Source: Paraspadella gotoi (taxonomy: Eukaryota > Animalia > Chaetognatha). Taken from it: a DNA stretch of 64,000 nucleotides. The stretch spans positions 8,068,772 through 8,132,771 of the forward strand of contig CM119265.1 in assembly GCA_051294375.1 (NCBI GenBank), in the 5' to 3' direction. Shown in pieces: positions 26,821-41,702 of the stretch. How positions within the stretch are numbered: the first letter of the stretch is position 1; every line of letters starts with the position of its first letter. The position numbers and the translations under genes are program-made. Below the pieces are notes generated by a model. It was given only the letters and a program-made list of their open reading frames with translations, made no database searches and had not been told where the DNA came from.

Positions 26821-28600
26821 CGCGCGAAGTCAAACTTATGTCCGTTCGTTCGCCATCGGAAGTTAGACTGCGTGAGGGGATGTACTGGATTTACGCAGTC
26901 CGGGGCCGCGGCAAATTGCGGTAAACATAAAGCAACGAATTGCTAGCGGTCTCGAAGAAACGCGTGCCCTGAAGATGCGACGTTTTGCTATGGGTGCATA
27001 GAAACTGAGCAGGTGGATGGACAGAAACGCAGCCGCACTGGTGCACTTCCACCACAAACTGCGGCTTGTGCTAGTAAGGGACAATTGGCTTGATTGGGTT
27101 CTCGTTCATGCAATGGGGTGGGACATCCGTTGACTCTCGCTCGTATGGCATGGGAAACAGCACCTGAATTAAAGGCGCGGAAGTTCATGTGGGGACAGCA
27201 GCGGGAGAGTGAGTTTTATCGGTCAATCTATGATCGGGGTACCCTCCGCGGGAGAAAGTGAACATTATGTACCGATCCTGTCGGTAATACGCACTCTAAG
27301 AGTTGTGAGAGCAGACCCAATGTCGAGAGGAAACGAAAAGCGCATCTGCACCGAAGTTGATGTTGTTAAGGCGGACAAAGGGGGCCAGAATAATTAGCGC
27401 ATGCTTACGACGCAACTGACGATAAGATGGTAAAAGGAAGCCTTTACGATTCCTTTAATGTCCGTGTTGTCCTCTTGATGGCGGCATCCGCGACTGAAAA
27501 AAGCCTAATTTGAATCGCTAGTGGGTCGTGGAACTCTTACGAACCGGAGTCTGGCATGTTGTCATTGTCGCGCCCTACGTTCCAAAAACCATGTCAAGAG
27601 AAGTAAATAAGAAGTAATCTCAGGTTATTTATATTGGACACCGACACGATTGTGCGCAAGACGTGGTAAGCTAACCGTGACGGATTCGTGCACCTAGGAG
27701 GTCTAAGAAGAAATTCAAGTGGCTCCGCAGCCAGGAACGTCAGTGGCGGATAGGCATTTGTGTGCTATAAAAGGAATCAGGCCGCCCGCTCCCTGGCGTA
27801 ATTCCCGTCTGGAACTCAGACACATGCGCATCGCCCACGTTGGTTCCGTATATAGGTGGGGAAGATCAGTTAACCAAGATTTCGCCATTGGATTCACCAA
27901 GGAAGCTTCGCCGCGCATGCCCAATGAAAGACCTCAAAGTCAGCCCTGCGGCGTGGCCCATGTCTTGCGGACCTGGACGTTCGGAAGGTATTGTTAACCG
28001 GACGTGACGCCGCTCCGAAGCTAGCATAGGCGCGGGCGGAGTTGTAGTGAAACCACATTGGGGATCGTATCTGTCACGGCGTGAGCCGCATTAAAGTATC
28101 ACATGGGCGTCGTCCGGTCTGTACCGATCCAGGAGTGACTTGAGGGTTAATGGTACGTACATAAGTTGCCCTCGGCGAACAGCGGAGTGACAGAAGGATA
28201 CAAACCGCCAGCCGCAAACGGGTTTTATCTCTCGTGTACGCACGACTCGCTGCTCTAGCATAGGATTAGAATCGTAGGAAACCCTTTAGCCTGGTATGAG
28301 CGCCTTCCGTACAGCACTTGGCTGCGGCCGTCTCCGTATGTTGGGCAATCAAGTAGTGTGCAGCGGGAACCGTGAAAGCCAGGTCAAAGATACCGTATCC
28401 TCTCGTCGGCTACTGTTGGAGAGGTTTCTTGAGCCCTACAACAGACTCCCAGGTCAGAGCTAAGAGAGTATCGAACAGTGCGGGAGGCGGTCTTCGTTAC
28501 TCGCCCACGTCTTTGTTGCCCTCTAATACCGTGGCCGTCTTCACGCCACTTGACGCCCTGGGCACACACTCGTAACACGGCAAGAGGGTAAGCTGTATAC
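26821..28600. other. Compositionally foreign, random-like block (possible synthetic spike-in or contaminant)
   Basis: Starts right after a 25-N gap. Balanced base composition, no microsatellites or long homopolymers, no ORF over ~92 aa, unlike all flanking DNA. Confidence 0.5.
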
Positions 28601-28919
28601 TGGGGTGGGAGTAAATAAAATTAAGGGAAAGAAGGGAAGATTTATTCCAATATCAAATTAAAGGTACTTAGCTGCTTTGCCGAAAATGTGACTAGTACGC
28701 GGTAATGAAAAAAATTTTCCCTAAAATATAAATCCGGAGAGACGTTGATTTTGGAAAAAGGACTACATTTGCCGCAATTAAAAAGTCAAATGGAAATGTC
28801 TTAATTATACCTAAAATAAGTAATTTACAAATAATGTTTCGTATTTCTAAAGAATTTAATAATTATAAACAAAGTTATATTTAAACTGAAGCAAAAACGT
28901 CCAAATTCCAAGTTGGATT

Positions 28920-30902
28920 TGATTACGGACAGTCTGACTGTACTGGGAAACGGATAAAGAACCCCGCGGAAGGTAAATGCCCTCATCCTCCATTCTTCGT
29001 CGTCGTCTCCTTGGAAACGGACGCCGTTGCCCGAAGCGAATAGTGAAGCAGCTTTTCTCGTTGAACAACCGAGCCCGACGCGGCGAAATGTTCCCTCAGC
29101 GCCATCTCTGTTTTGCAACCAGTGGGGATAGGTGTCGCCTGGGCAAGATTGGTGCTCATTCAACAATTAAGAGCGAATCAATAACAGACTCCCGATATAC
29201 ATAAATAAAAACACACACATTAATCAGGCGCGCGAAACCGTTAACCCAAAGAAAAAAGGGATGACAGGAACCCTCTTCTGCGTCTCACTCTGGTCCTGCC
29301 GGTAGGGCGTCTCGCTGACCTTGTGGAATTCGAACGAAACGAAGCCGTGAATGGGCCGTTTGGCAGTTCCGATCGTTACTCTTTGCATCTCTCAGCGTCG
29401 AGTATCAGTTCGAGTGCCTGAAGTTCTTCCCGGTGAGCGACGCGGGACGCATTGGGCTAAGATTACGAAAAACAAATTCTTTTTTTTTCTTTGACGGGAA
29501 CGGGATGTTATAGTCCTCGTTCGTGTTTGTTCAAAAAATAACGGTCATGTGAGGACGACTGGGCGGAGAGACCATAGCCGACCGACCAAACCCGAAAAGT
29601 GACTTATAGAGTTACTACCGCGAGTACTCGCGTCGCCAACTAAAGAACGCGCGAGGGGCGTGAAGTTCAAATCCTACGTCGTACACCACATTTAACGAAT
29701 CACATAAAGTACATAGATATTTTTTGAGAATAGAATGTGTAGCTGCGGGAGGACGCAGGCAGAGTCTTGATCAATGTTACCTTGAAACCAAGGAATGTCC
29801 CTCCCGTCCTATCATAATCGCCATTACTCAAAGCACAAGGAAGGAGGCAATCGAAAGCAGAACTATTTATGACAGTTCCATCGATCCTCGACACACTGAA
29901 AATGGTCGATGTCGGTTTTCAAGTTTCGACACAATACATGAATTATGGAGAATCGTTTCGGGTGAGGCTGATACTTCGCGCCCGCGCATGATTCGAAATC
30001 GGTTAGAAATCACTTTCTGCAATTCATTTTTCCATGCTCACACGAATCCGTTTGAAATGTGAAGCATTCCGGTGCCAGCGAGAGAAGCTTACTCCGCATG
30101 TGTTCGCCGCGCACGGTCTAAAACCCATTGAAGCGAAATTCCGGAGACGAGTCGTGTGCCGTTGATTGACCGCCAGTATTGGGCCCCCATAATCGCGAGG
30201 TTGGCTAACTGGGCAAGTGATCCGTTAGTTTGGTTATATGGGATGGAACTAAAAAATCAACCACGTTCATTAGGGACATTGAGGCAAGAAAGCGCAAGTC
30301 TTCGCCCTCCCTACCATCCCAAGGATTTCCGGGTTTAGCCTGGTGTCGCCTGTAACATGGCCGAAATCCGACGCCTCAGGACTGGCTTAAATTTTAAACG
30401 GTTCTGTCAACCTAAACTCATAACAATTATTAGTTGTCTTTTCAGTATCATAGTGAAGATCCTCTTTCAGAAATTACTAGGTATTAGAAAACATTATTTT
30501 ACTACAATAAAGATAAAGATTTAGAATTAGACTTAGATCTTTTGAAAAAATAAAATTTTTGGTTATTGAGTAAATCCGGATGGACATCCTACATAGTTGT
30601 CGGTCGCAATGGAAGATTGTTTCGTCGAAGTCTTGAATGGACGGCGTTGGGGACGATTTCTCGCTCGACAAAGCGCGGAAGGCTTTCTTACTCGACCGAG
30701 GCTTATTTCGAGCTCATTCGATACAGTTCTGAGTGGACGAGTCCCATTCTCGAGTGATATTTTGCTTGGTTAAGATCTTGAAAGATGGAGGGAAAAGGAA
30801 AGAAAAAATCATAGATTGAAAAAGGAAGAAAGAACAAACAAAAATGACAAGAAGAAAGAAGAAAGGCAAGAAAGAAAGGAGAAGAAAAAAAGAAAAAAAG
30901 AG

Positions 30903-30937
<35 letters not shown>

Positions 30938-32130
30938 GATAACGTCGGCGACGGCATCTTCGCCTCCTGGTGGGAGGGAAATCCTTTTGTCGAAATCGGT
31001 CGGCGACATCGCGAGAGATTCGAAAGTCAAAAACGATTTGGCAACAGCTAAACGGTTTAACAGTTTTAACTGTCGATTTTACGTCTGCTGTATGATTTCT
31101 GTCATTCTTCGAACATATGTAGATGTTTATTTAGAATATAATTATTTCAATCCTTTAAAGATGCTAACGTCATCCGTATCTAAATTGTAAAAATCTCTTC
31201 TTCTATCATCTTCGGAAAATAAAGGACGCATTTCTTAATGGAACATAAGGTTAAAATACTTTCAGCAATTTACAGCTCAAATACTTTATGCCTCGTCTTC
31301 TTCGGATATCGACCCTTTCAAAATTCCGCGCTTTTTCGTATCATCTGCTCTCTTTTCAGTCTCTCATTGCATCTTACAAGTCGCTATGCTTCTATTGTAT
31401 CTTTACAATCCGTGCCAAACATTATCGAGCTATCATTTTATTTTCTTTGCTTCTTTCACTGCAACAACCAGTCAGCAACATCAAAGACGCTCTAACTCAG
31501 CGCCACCTTCCTCCATCGTTACTCAAATGCCACGCCTCCCTTTTTTCATTTGCCACGCCATCGTTGGCGTTTCCGGTCATCGCGCCGCGAATCTCACGGC
31601 CCCGCCCACTTTGACCCCGAACGGGCGCGGCTCTCGAGGTTTCGGCAATCGATTGCCCGATTGTCGAAAGGACCGAGGATTAAAAGCCCGAGGATCCTGA
31701 GGGGCTAATACCGGGCGGGTACCGGGTGAATTTTCCAGTAAATACAGAGTGAATGCCCGAAAGACGATCCTCCGGACTAATGGCCGGGCCGATTTCAAAA
31801 CCGACAAATGTTACCGGTGCAGGGTTGAGATGTGAGAAAGAGTCATTGGCGTAATGGTCTGAGAACGCTTGGGCAAGTGGGCAGTCTCTTTTTAAGTCGA
31901 CAACCATTAGAGAAAGCTGACCACAGAAACGACCTGGACGATGAATTCTCCGCCAGGATCAGGACAATGAACGCCGACCTCTCCGAGCGACGGTGAAACG
32001 GTGAACGCCCGCCGGGCGCGAAAGGTCTCACGCGCGAATTTGTGAGACTGCGGCTTCGCGGATGAATGCCTTCGGTCACGCCCTGTTTAGAGGGAACGCC
32101 CCCAAAGTGGACACGCAACCACGACGGCCT
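28920..32130. other. Cluster of exon-like high-complexity segments disrupted by indels (unidentified gene or genes)
   Basis: GC-richer blocks (28930-29170, 29265-29457, 29520-30360, 30570-30770, 31560-32130) alternate with AT-rich spacers. Protein-like frames, e.g. minus-strand VTIGTAKRPIHGFVSFEFHKVSETPYRQ and VVDLKRDCPLAQAFSDHYANDSF. No family recognised. Confidence 0.35.
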
Positions 32131-33202
32131 TAGTTGCAATTTTCCCCTTTTCCTTTTCCCTTCTTCCTTCTCCCTTCTCCCTTCCTCTTCCACCTTCACC
32201 CTTTCTATTTCTCATCTTAATCTCTCCTCCCTTCTACCTTTCACTTGTCTCTCTCTCATTTGACCTTCTTCTCTCTCACTCCCTCTCTCCCTCCGGTCAG
32301 CATCGAAAGCGGCGCATTGAAAAGGCGCAGTCACCGTGAAAACTCATGTGAAAACCCATGGAAACTCACGCAGATGTGGTCACGCGGTCAACGGCTCTTC
32401 TCGCCAGATCTTGACGACGTTCCCTCCCTCCGCGCCTGCGGCGGCGGAAAGAGCACGAGAGATGGGCTGATGTAGGTTTGATGTATGAATAGGTATGGTG
32501 ACGATGGGTTAGCAGGCCGATTGTTTTTATTTTTCAGTATCCTATTCAACGGGTTTTTTTCTGCCTCCTATTGGTGGAGAAAAATGGGGATCTATAATTA
32601 TAAGCGCTGCGCAGGAGAGAGAGAGAGAGAGATGACGAGGAGGGAAGAGATAGGAGTTAGAGAGAGGGAGAGAGTGAGGAGAGAGAGAGACGAGGAGAGA
32701 GATGAAGCAGGAGAGGAGAGCGCTACCCAATTATTTTTGATAAATTTTAAATTTTCCCGCTCATTGAAATTGGAATAGAGGAATGGTTTTTTATTCTTCG
32801 ATTTNNNNNNNNNNNNNNNNNNNNNNNNNAGTCCGCGCAGCGGCGGCAGTCCGCGCGGTCTCGCAAGCGGCGAACGCGACATGGAATCACGTGGTGCATC
32901 TCGCCGATTATTCATTTATTCATACGCCCATTCTCTTTCGCCTCTCTCTCTCTCCTCTCGTCCATCTCTCTCTCTCTCTCTCTCTCGCTCTCTCTCTCTC
33001 TCTTCTTCTCTCTCTCTCCTCTCCTCTCTCTGTCTCTCTCTTTCTCTCTTCTCTTTCCTCTCTCTTTCCTCCCTTCCTCCTTTATTCCTCCTTTCCTCGT
33101 ACCTTTACTATCTCTATCAATGCCACCGCTCTTGATCCAAAACCTTTCATGTCTCTTCCACGGATCCCTATGTGATCTTTTATCCTCCTCGCTCTCCTCT
33201 TC

Positions 33203-33238
<36 letters not shown>

Positions 33239-34313
33239 CTCTCTGTTCTCTCTTCTTCTCTCTCTCGTCTCTCTCCTCTCTCTCTCTTCTCCTCTCTCTC
33301 TTCTCTCTCACACGCCTCCACCTCTCTCTCGCCAGATGCTGGTCAAGCCGCTTGTTCTCCCGATTCGTTCGCCCTTTCTGTATAGAACGCCGTTGCCTTC
33401 AGTTCTTAGCCTTTAATATCCTTTTCGAATTCCCGTGGGTTCCTTCTTCTTTAATTTAATATTGTATTGTCAGTATATATAAATTGTATAGTAGATAGTT
33501 TTTGAAAAGTCCCTTCCATCACTTTATAGTCTTTTTAAAATATCGGATGCTGTCGTTTATCTTAATACGACTGTTGGCTCACGCTTGATCAGGGGTGCGC
33601 GAAACACGTGCAACAAGCAGCCGACTTATCTTACGCCCATGTTCCTTCCTTGATAAACCTTATAGTAGAGTAAGAATAAGAAATTTACGTTAGTGCGACT
33701 AACTGTAGGCCAAAATCTTCGCCAAGATACTGAACGCATTCTAAGATATTATTTTTATTATAGCAAAGCTAATTTCTCAATCACCCGGGATTCACCTCTC
33801 TCACTTTACTCCAGCTCGCCACGCTCACCCCCAACTCCCACCATACAATACTTTTCCACCCACGCTTTCCTCCCCCCCCCTTGTAACAATCCGCTCTTTA
33901 ATACGAAATGGCGCGCTAGTGTAGTGTATCCGCAGTCCAGCTGCGACTAGGATTCCTTTGTCACTGAGGGTGCGGGAAGCCCCCAAGCCAACAGCTGGAT
34001 TCCCCATCCCAAATGGTGCATAAGGCAGCCACGGCTAGCTTGCACATTAGAATACGCCGTAAAATAATCCTAAAATAACCCTTAAAATAACCTAGCGGTC
34101 TTTACGTTAATAACAAGTATTCCGTCATGCTGACTATCAATTCTCTAATTTTTTTTCTTTTCTTTCTTTTTTCGCGTTAATTGATTCCGTGAGTTATTTT
34201 TTCGTTGGTTCATTGAAAGCTAAATGTTAGAATAATGGGCGCGTCCACTGAGGAAATACTTTTTTTGTAACTGTAAGTTATAGTAAGATTTTGTAGATCC
34301 GTAGGCCAAACTA

Positions 34314-34346
<33 letters not shown>

Positions 34347-36370
34347 TTCTCTCTTTCTCAAATTTTGTCTTACCTATATTGATATGAAATTGGTAAAACC
34401 TATATAAAAATAATCCATTCATTTAATAAATAAGCTATCTTGCCCCTGTCTTTGGTGGTTTAAGGCTTCCATCACTCTTACCATGTATGTAATTTTGACG
34501 GAAAAAAATTTTTTATATGTAACCACTGTAGAATTATAATCCATTAATTCAATAAATGTTTTTGGTTCGTTTGTTTGTTTCTTCTCCACCATAAATAACA
34601 TCATTTTCCCAAATTTATTTTCTTTTTCTTTAAATCATCTATTCATCCCCCTTTCCTTCTTTTTCTTTCTTTTCTCCTTTCCTCCCTTTTCTTTTTCCTT
34701 CTCGAACCTTCGGTTGACGTCAACTTCGTTTCATTCATCTTTCACAAAGAAAAAAAAAAGAGGCTAAAAAAAAAAAAATTCCCTATTGAAATTCGTCGTT
34801 AATCGTCGACGTCGTTTTCGCCGTAATTTTCGTCGCATTTTCGTCGCGAGCAAAAAGAATACAGAAAATGAGTGTCTCGTCAAGTCAGCCGCCTTTTCGC
34901 TGTTGATTTTTTTGCCGTTGCTGTTGCAGACACTCGTTTGGCTGCAGCAAAGAGTCGAATGACAGCTTGCCGCACATAAAAACATTGAACGTAAACAAAC
35001 AATGTTTTCTCAATCGTGGTTCTTCTCTCGCCCACCCGAGACGCGCTTTCTTCTTGCGCTCAACCACCAAAAAAAAAAGTGTGAATCGATTATTCGTGAA
35101 GGTTCACTCACTTTTCCTCACCGAGCGAAGCGGCGCCTGACCCGCGCGAGCTTGAACAGGCTTTTGAATCCAGGAGAAGGGGAAGAAAGAGAGCCTCTCT
35201 TGTCCGCTCTTCCGCTCCACTCGAGAAGAAGAGTTTCCTAGACGCGCCGCTCCTCTAGAGCTAGAGCTAAACTCCACTCAAGCCACGCGGATACGCCCTA
35301 GAGATTAACTCAAGCCTAATAGCTAATACCTAATAGCTTCTAATTTTGATTTTTTTACTGTGTTTTTTCCTTTCTGTTTCGTTGTGATTTGATTTAGAAC
35401 AAAGTTTTGAAGAGAGATTTAAAAACGATTTTTATTTCATAGTGAAACTATATATGCGCGTCTATTAAATGATTAATTATAACCATTTATTAACCCAGAC
35501 AACACAAAGATTCAAAATTTACATATCTGCCAAATACCAAATACCGCCTTTAGTATCATTCCCCATACTTCTATCAAACCTCAATTCCGATCACCCTCAC
35601 CAGTACACTCTCACCCTCCCCCCCCCGCACTACCACAAGACCTCCCGGAGTGGTTTCCCGCCAACAGACGGAATTCCAATTTGTGGCTGATGACCTCCTA
35701 TTAAGGGAGGAGGACGCGCCTCTCCTTCCCCGGATGTGGTATGAATTTGTAAATTGTTGTTTTGTGGCGTCGACTCCTTGAGATGCCGGTTTGGGGGGGT
35801 TGGACTGGGGGGGCGAGGGGGCGTGGCTGAATCGAGCGCCGATGGCGATGCTGGAGGGAAAATTGAGGGAGAGAGAAAGAGAGATAATGGCCGGGGTTAA
35901 AATTAACAGAAATACGCAGAAATATACAATAACTGTTGCGGAAAATGGTTAAGTTCACTCCGCTATATATATAATATATGATAATTATGATATGCAGTGA
36001 TACAACAAGGCTTTCGGTTTCCGTTTCCGTTCTTCTGTTTATCATGATTTTTTTAATTAAGAAATTATATTGGGAGAGGAGTTTTCAAATTTCTGTTTAA
36101 AACTTGATTTAAACTGTCTATGCAAATTTTTTACTCTTACCGTTACGTACAGTAGATGGAAAAAAACTTTTGGTTCAGACTAACGGAAAAAAGGGGAAGA
36201 AAGATCATCCTAGCTAGGGGGGGGTTGGACCCGTGGAACCGTGGTGGTCGGATTATTCTCTGCAATAGGAAACTCACTGTGCCCAATGCCCAGATGGTAG
36301 AGAAGGAATTTCGTCGTCGAGAGGACGAGAAATGGGTGGGAACGTTTTCTTTGGGTCGGAATGGCGAGAC

Positions 36371-36441
<71 letters not shown>

Positions 36442-36909
36442 TCAGAAAAGGAGGAGGGGGAATTTTTAGCGCCGGAGAAACAGTGGTCGTCGGCCGGAAA
36501 GAGAGAATAATGGCTGTAAATAAAGAAAGAGGGAAAAAAAGTTGGATACAAAGGGTCGGTTGACAAGGAAGCCAAAAAAAAAAGGAAATGGAGGAAAGGA
36601 GAAAAAGGAAAAGGAAAAGAAAAGGAAATAACTGAATAGTTTAAAAGGAGAAAAAAGGAACGAATGGCGAAGCTGAATAAAGAAATATCCGAAAAGGAAA
36701 GACCATATTTGGAAATGAATTTCTCGGAAATAAAAGAAAAGTGTTGGAACGATGTACTTTGGTAAGGCAAGGAAAAGGAGGAAGAAAAGAAAGATAAAAA
36801 GGAGAAAGAAAAAAAGAAATAAAACTTGAGAAAAAGAGAATTAAATCCTGAGGGGAAAAAAGGCAACAAGAAACCTGAAGGGAAGCAGAAGAATTGTATC
36901 GAAAAGAAA

Positions 36910-37080
36910 AAAAAAGTTGCCGGAAAAGAAATTCGGTCAACAGAAAAAGAAAAGAGTGGAATTTGCCGGAAAGATAAGAAAAAGCGAAATCCTCCGGAGA
37001 AGAGAAGAAAAAGAAAGGGAAATTCGCCGGAAAAAGAGAAGAAAAAGAAAGTCAAATCCGCCGGAAAAGAAAAGAAAGGA
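36910..37080 (+). repeat. Degenerate ~30-bp tandem repeat (AAAT..GCCGGAAAA-purine)
   Basis: CCGGA recurs five times, separated by A/G-rich spacers. Confidence 0.5.
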
Positions 37081-37402
37081 CAGGGTAGAATTGAGATCGC
37101 GACCCTGGGTCAACCCGTGGGTCGACCCCGACGCCTCCAACAGGCCAAAAATCGAATCCTACGTGAGAAGCGAGGGATTTAGAGGTGGAGGGTGGAAGGA
37201 GGAAGGTGGAGGGTGGTTCCGATTGGGGGGGGGACGGGGGGAGGGGGTAGTGGAAAAAGGTGGAGACTAAATCGTTAAATATCAATAAGAGGCGACGATT
37301 TCGTGAAATTGCGACTTTAAACCGGAACGGGTGCGTCACATGTGAAAGGAATTGACAGACTGATCTTATATTTACTTACCTTTCGCAGTCGAAGGTGAGG
37401 TA

Positions 37403-37680
37403 ATGCCGATGCCTTCGTCATTGCGTCGCACCATCTCTTACCGCGAGTTCCTCTCCGGTCCAGACTCCCGACCCCAAACTTTGTCCTCACCTTTTTCATT
37501 TGCGACTCTCTCTCTCTCGACGGACGACGAGTTCGACCTCGTAAACTCTCCCTCCGGCCTCCCTCCTCACCCGCCACCGCCGCCTGCAGCTGTCGACGCC
37601 GGTCACTCACCTCCGGTCGCTGGTCATTGGTCAATCAGCGCCACTCAATCACCGCCAAACTCACCCGCAAGCCTCTCACG
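37403..37680 (+). CDS. Putative Ser/Pro-rich exon
   Basis: MPMPSSLRRTISYREFLSGPDSRPQTLSSPFSFATLSLSTDDEFDLVNSPSGLPPHPPPPP... with a candidate GT donor at 37681. Confidence 0.4.
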
Positions 37681-38283
37681 GTTCGTCCCTTTTTTGTCCC
37701 TCGTTGCCTTAAGCTCCTTAACTCCCCTTACCTTTTCTCTGTTCAATCCTCACCCCAAATTCACCTCTCACCGCCTCACCCTTCCTTCTTTTAACCTTCT
37801 TTTCGATTTGTCCCTACGATTTGTGCCTCAGCGACGCCGTCCGCCTTCTAACTAACTTTCGACCGATTTTTTCTAAGGTGTTTTTTTTTTTTCCTTTTTT
37901 CCTTTTTTTCCCATTTTATTTCCAAACCTTGAAGTTCTGAATTTTTAATTTTTTGTTTCTTGCCCGTTCTCTCGATCCCTCCTGTCAAAGAGAAAATGGA
38001 CATTTCCCACTTGTTATTTGTCCGCTAAAATATGCGAGGTCATAAAACGCCCAAGCCTCTTTCTCGCCTCTTTAACATCCCTTCTTACAGCCTCTTTTAC
38101 ATTCTTACTTTCTATTTCCTTTCATCCTTGAACGTTTCTTCTTCACTGGAAGTAGAGCTAGTTTCATCTTAGCGAGTAAACCTTTTTCCACACCTTTTAT
38201 GATAGGATGTTAGGACTTTTATCTTTACTTACCCACTGCGCCATCTTTGCTAAAATCCCCGCTTCCTTTCTACTTTTCAAATT

Positions 38284-38376
<93 letters not shown>

Positions 38377-39548
38377 CCCAACGCCCTCGATTGACCCCTG
38401 CATTTGGCTCTTTTTTCTTTGTTTCTTTTGTTTTCTTAGAAATCGACCGCGACGGAAAATCTGACGATAGCGAAACTTAAACTGTATCCTATTATCAGCT
38501 GTCGATTTCGATGTCCCTTTAAACTGGCCACTGTTTACGTCTCGCCGGGACTAAGAGTTTTTTGTTTTTTTTAGTTTGTCGGAAATCAGGGATTAAAAAG
38601 TTCCCTGTTATCTCTCCTTCGTCCACAAGACCTCCTTTCGAAACTTCTCAAATTGCAACTATACTTCTTGTTCGAACAATTCGCAAATTCCAAACGATGC
38701 GATCATAAAAGCTTCAGTCAACCCCCCCTTTCTCCCCGCCCCCCGCCCCCCCTCCATAAAAGCGTCGACCTCAAACGAGCGAAAAGCGACGTTGGTGGAG
38801 GCGAGTGTTAAGGCGTCCAAGTTCCTTTTTCGAATCCTTCATTCCTCGTTTTACCTCAACTCATATTTCACATTTAGCTTTTCTCGTCTCACAGCGCATA
38901 ACATTATCTCGTTTCATTTGGTCGACTACTACGTTCTCCTATCTCACTTGACTGATCTCGCATCTCACAAGACTTTTGAAATCCCTCGTTTCACATCCAC
39001 GAATCACCAATTGATTCACCATGCCACAAAAACCCCCGCTATTCGATCGTTAAAACTTGACAAGTATATCTTATTCTCTCTCTGACCGATATCATAAACC
39101 CCCCTCTTCGCTCCATCACTTAACCCTTTCTCACTTTCGCTTCTCACGTGTTTTCGCTCATCCCCGAGGATCCGAACAATTCACGCAGTTTTACGACATC
39201 TTTCGTCGAGTAATGTCGTCGTCGTCGGCGTCGTCGTCGTCGTCAACTTCATAGCCAACGGCGTCAAACTAAACCGTAAATTGACGCCGGTTTTTGCGAC
39301 GAGTTTCGTTTTCCCTCCGGCGGCGTCGTTGTCCCTTCGCTTCCGACGAACTTTGCGAGTTCCACCCTCGATGGCTTCCTCTCTCTTTTCATCTCTCACC
39401 TCTCTATGGCTTCCTCTCTCTTTTAATCTCTCACCTCTCTATTTTTTTCTCCTGTCTCTTTTCTCGCCTATCTATCCGTCGGCTGCAAAGGCTTCACCGT
39501 TTTATTTTCACATCTCTCTCCTCCCGAGCGCAGACGTTTTCGACAGAT

Positions 39549-39662
<114 letters not shown>

Positions 39663-39980
39663 TACAAACTAGCTTCATTCCATCTCAGTTTTTACTTTCC
39701 CACTAAAATCCCCTCTTCTTTTTTTTATAATAACTTTCAAACTAATTCTTTCTTATTAAACCTCCCCCATTCAATCCCTTTAATACTTTCCTAATTTCTA
39801 CCCAAACAGGAACATCCTTGTTCCTCTCACCTCTCCCTTTTTTTAGTTCTCCCAATTTCATCTCAACTTTTTCTCTCTTTTTTTTTCGTCGCCCCATTTT
39901 TCTCCTCCGCCCTTCCTCTCGTAATCCCCTCCCGCTCGCTCTGGCGATATCCTTGACTCTGATGTACGAGTTTTTGGAGG

Positions 39981-40043
<63 letters not shown>

Positions 40044-40740
40044 GAAATATCGCAGCGGTGAAAATCGCCTGAACGCACGATGGGATCAGTGAACGCAGAG
40101 CTGAATATCACGTGAATGCGTGAGAGGGGCGTTGAACTCTGTGAGTCTGAATGTGTGACGGTGAAATCTCAGGTGAATATGTCTCCGCCGTTGAAGCCTT
40201 TTTAATTGAACCTCGGTTTAAAAGTAAAATGACCGAAGCGAGCTGAAGATTTAATTTTCGCTCTTCGCTGATTTACAACAATCCAAAGTGACAACCTTAA
40301 GTTTACAAACCGACGTGTCCACGAATCGACCTCTAAGTCTAACCAGTGACCAGTGACCTACGTATTTCCATGTACATACTTTTACAATTACACGGCCTTT
40401 CTCTAAAAATAGAAAAACTCATAACTGTAATTGCCATTGACTATAATAGTAGCGAATTTATCGTCAGTTTAGATGGAAAATAGACGAGCCTAAATGAGAA
40501 GCAAAGCCTTACTTCGTCCCGTTTTCTTTATTAACTAATTTATGTCTCTTTTTTTTCTCCCTCCTCCCTCTACATTTTTATTTCGCACCGACTCTCTCTC
40601 TGACTCTCCGTCTCGCTCTCTCAATTCATCGTTCAGGTGAGTCAAGTTAATGATAAAAATTGATTAAAATAGGGAGAAAGTAAAAAAAACATTCTCTCTC
40701 TATCTTTATCTCTATCTCTCTCTCTGTCTCTGTCTCTATC

Positions 40741-40776
<36 letters not shown>

Positions 40777-41176
40777 ACCGTCATCGTTATTCGTCGTTCG
40801 TCGAAAGCAAAGTTCACCCGAAAGCCAAACTCAATTTACTCGACGAACGACGCCGTCTGTAAAGAGCGCCGTGGCACTGGGCGACGCCGGGTGACACCCG
40901 GTGACGTCGCACACAAACGACGGAGCCGAGTTCGGAAGAACTGGTGGCTCTGATCCACCAAAATGTGTCACAAATCCCATTGCCTTCCACTATGAGCTTT
41001 AAAAGAGCGTAACCTACCAATAACGTTTCATACCGACGACACCCCCCTTTGGGACTGGGCTTCCACCACGGGACGTCGGGACGTGGTCATGGCACGTGCA
41101 TTCGTTTGCACGCAATATCCCATAACGTTTATGGTCGATATAGCCCTCGTTGAAGCGTGGAGGACGTCTGTGTTAA

Positions 41177-41289
<113 letters not shown>

Positions 41290-41670
41290 AGGTCCAATTT
41301 TTCGCCTTCGTCCACCGGAAGTCGATTCTATTTTTAGACGCATCGACGGACCGACATTTTCCCTCGTGAACTCACGGGCAGGAATCGCGCGCTTTTCGTG
41401 CGTTTACCTCGACCCTCGCACGCGTATGTATAGCCGCGTACAACGAGTGTCCTCAAGTCGCCGTTGTACGTGCGCGAAACCTCTTTGTACGCTCTGTTCG
41501 ACCGATTCAACGACTACAAACGTCAATGAGTTTTTCGCGCAAATTTGTCCCACTTACCGCTTATCAGTCAAAACCTTTTTTTTTTTTTTTTTTTTTTTTG
41601 CGTTTATCCTGACTGCAAATGTGTTTCTCACCTCTCCATTCTACCCCATTTTCTTTGAAGCAGCACCGAG

Positions 41671-41702
<32 letters not shown>

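Noticed and set aside
35687-35715. CTGATGA followed by hairpin CCTCC-TATTAAG-GGAGG (hammerhead-like)
   Set aside because: No GAAA after the stem and no stem I/III or NUH site.
36210-37055. 281-aa Phe/Ser-rich ORF and the many SL/RE-repeat ORFs
   Set aside because: Products of purine/pyrimidine tracts and (CT)n microsatellites lacking stop codons.
38461-38490. CTGACGA-TAGC-GAAAC minimal hammerhead-like core
   Set aside because: No purine-pyrimidine pair closing stem II and no convincing stem I.
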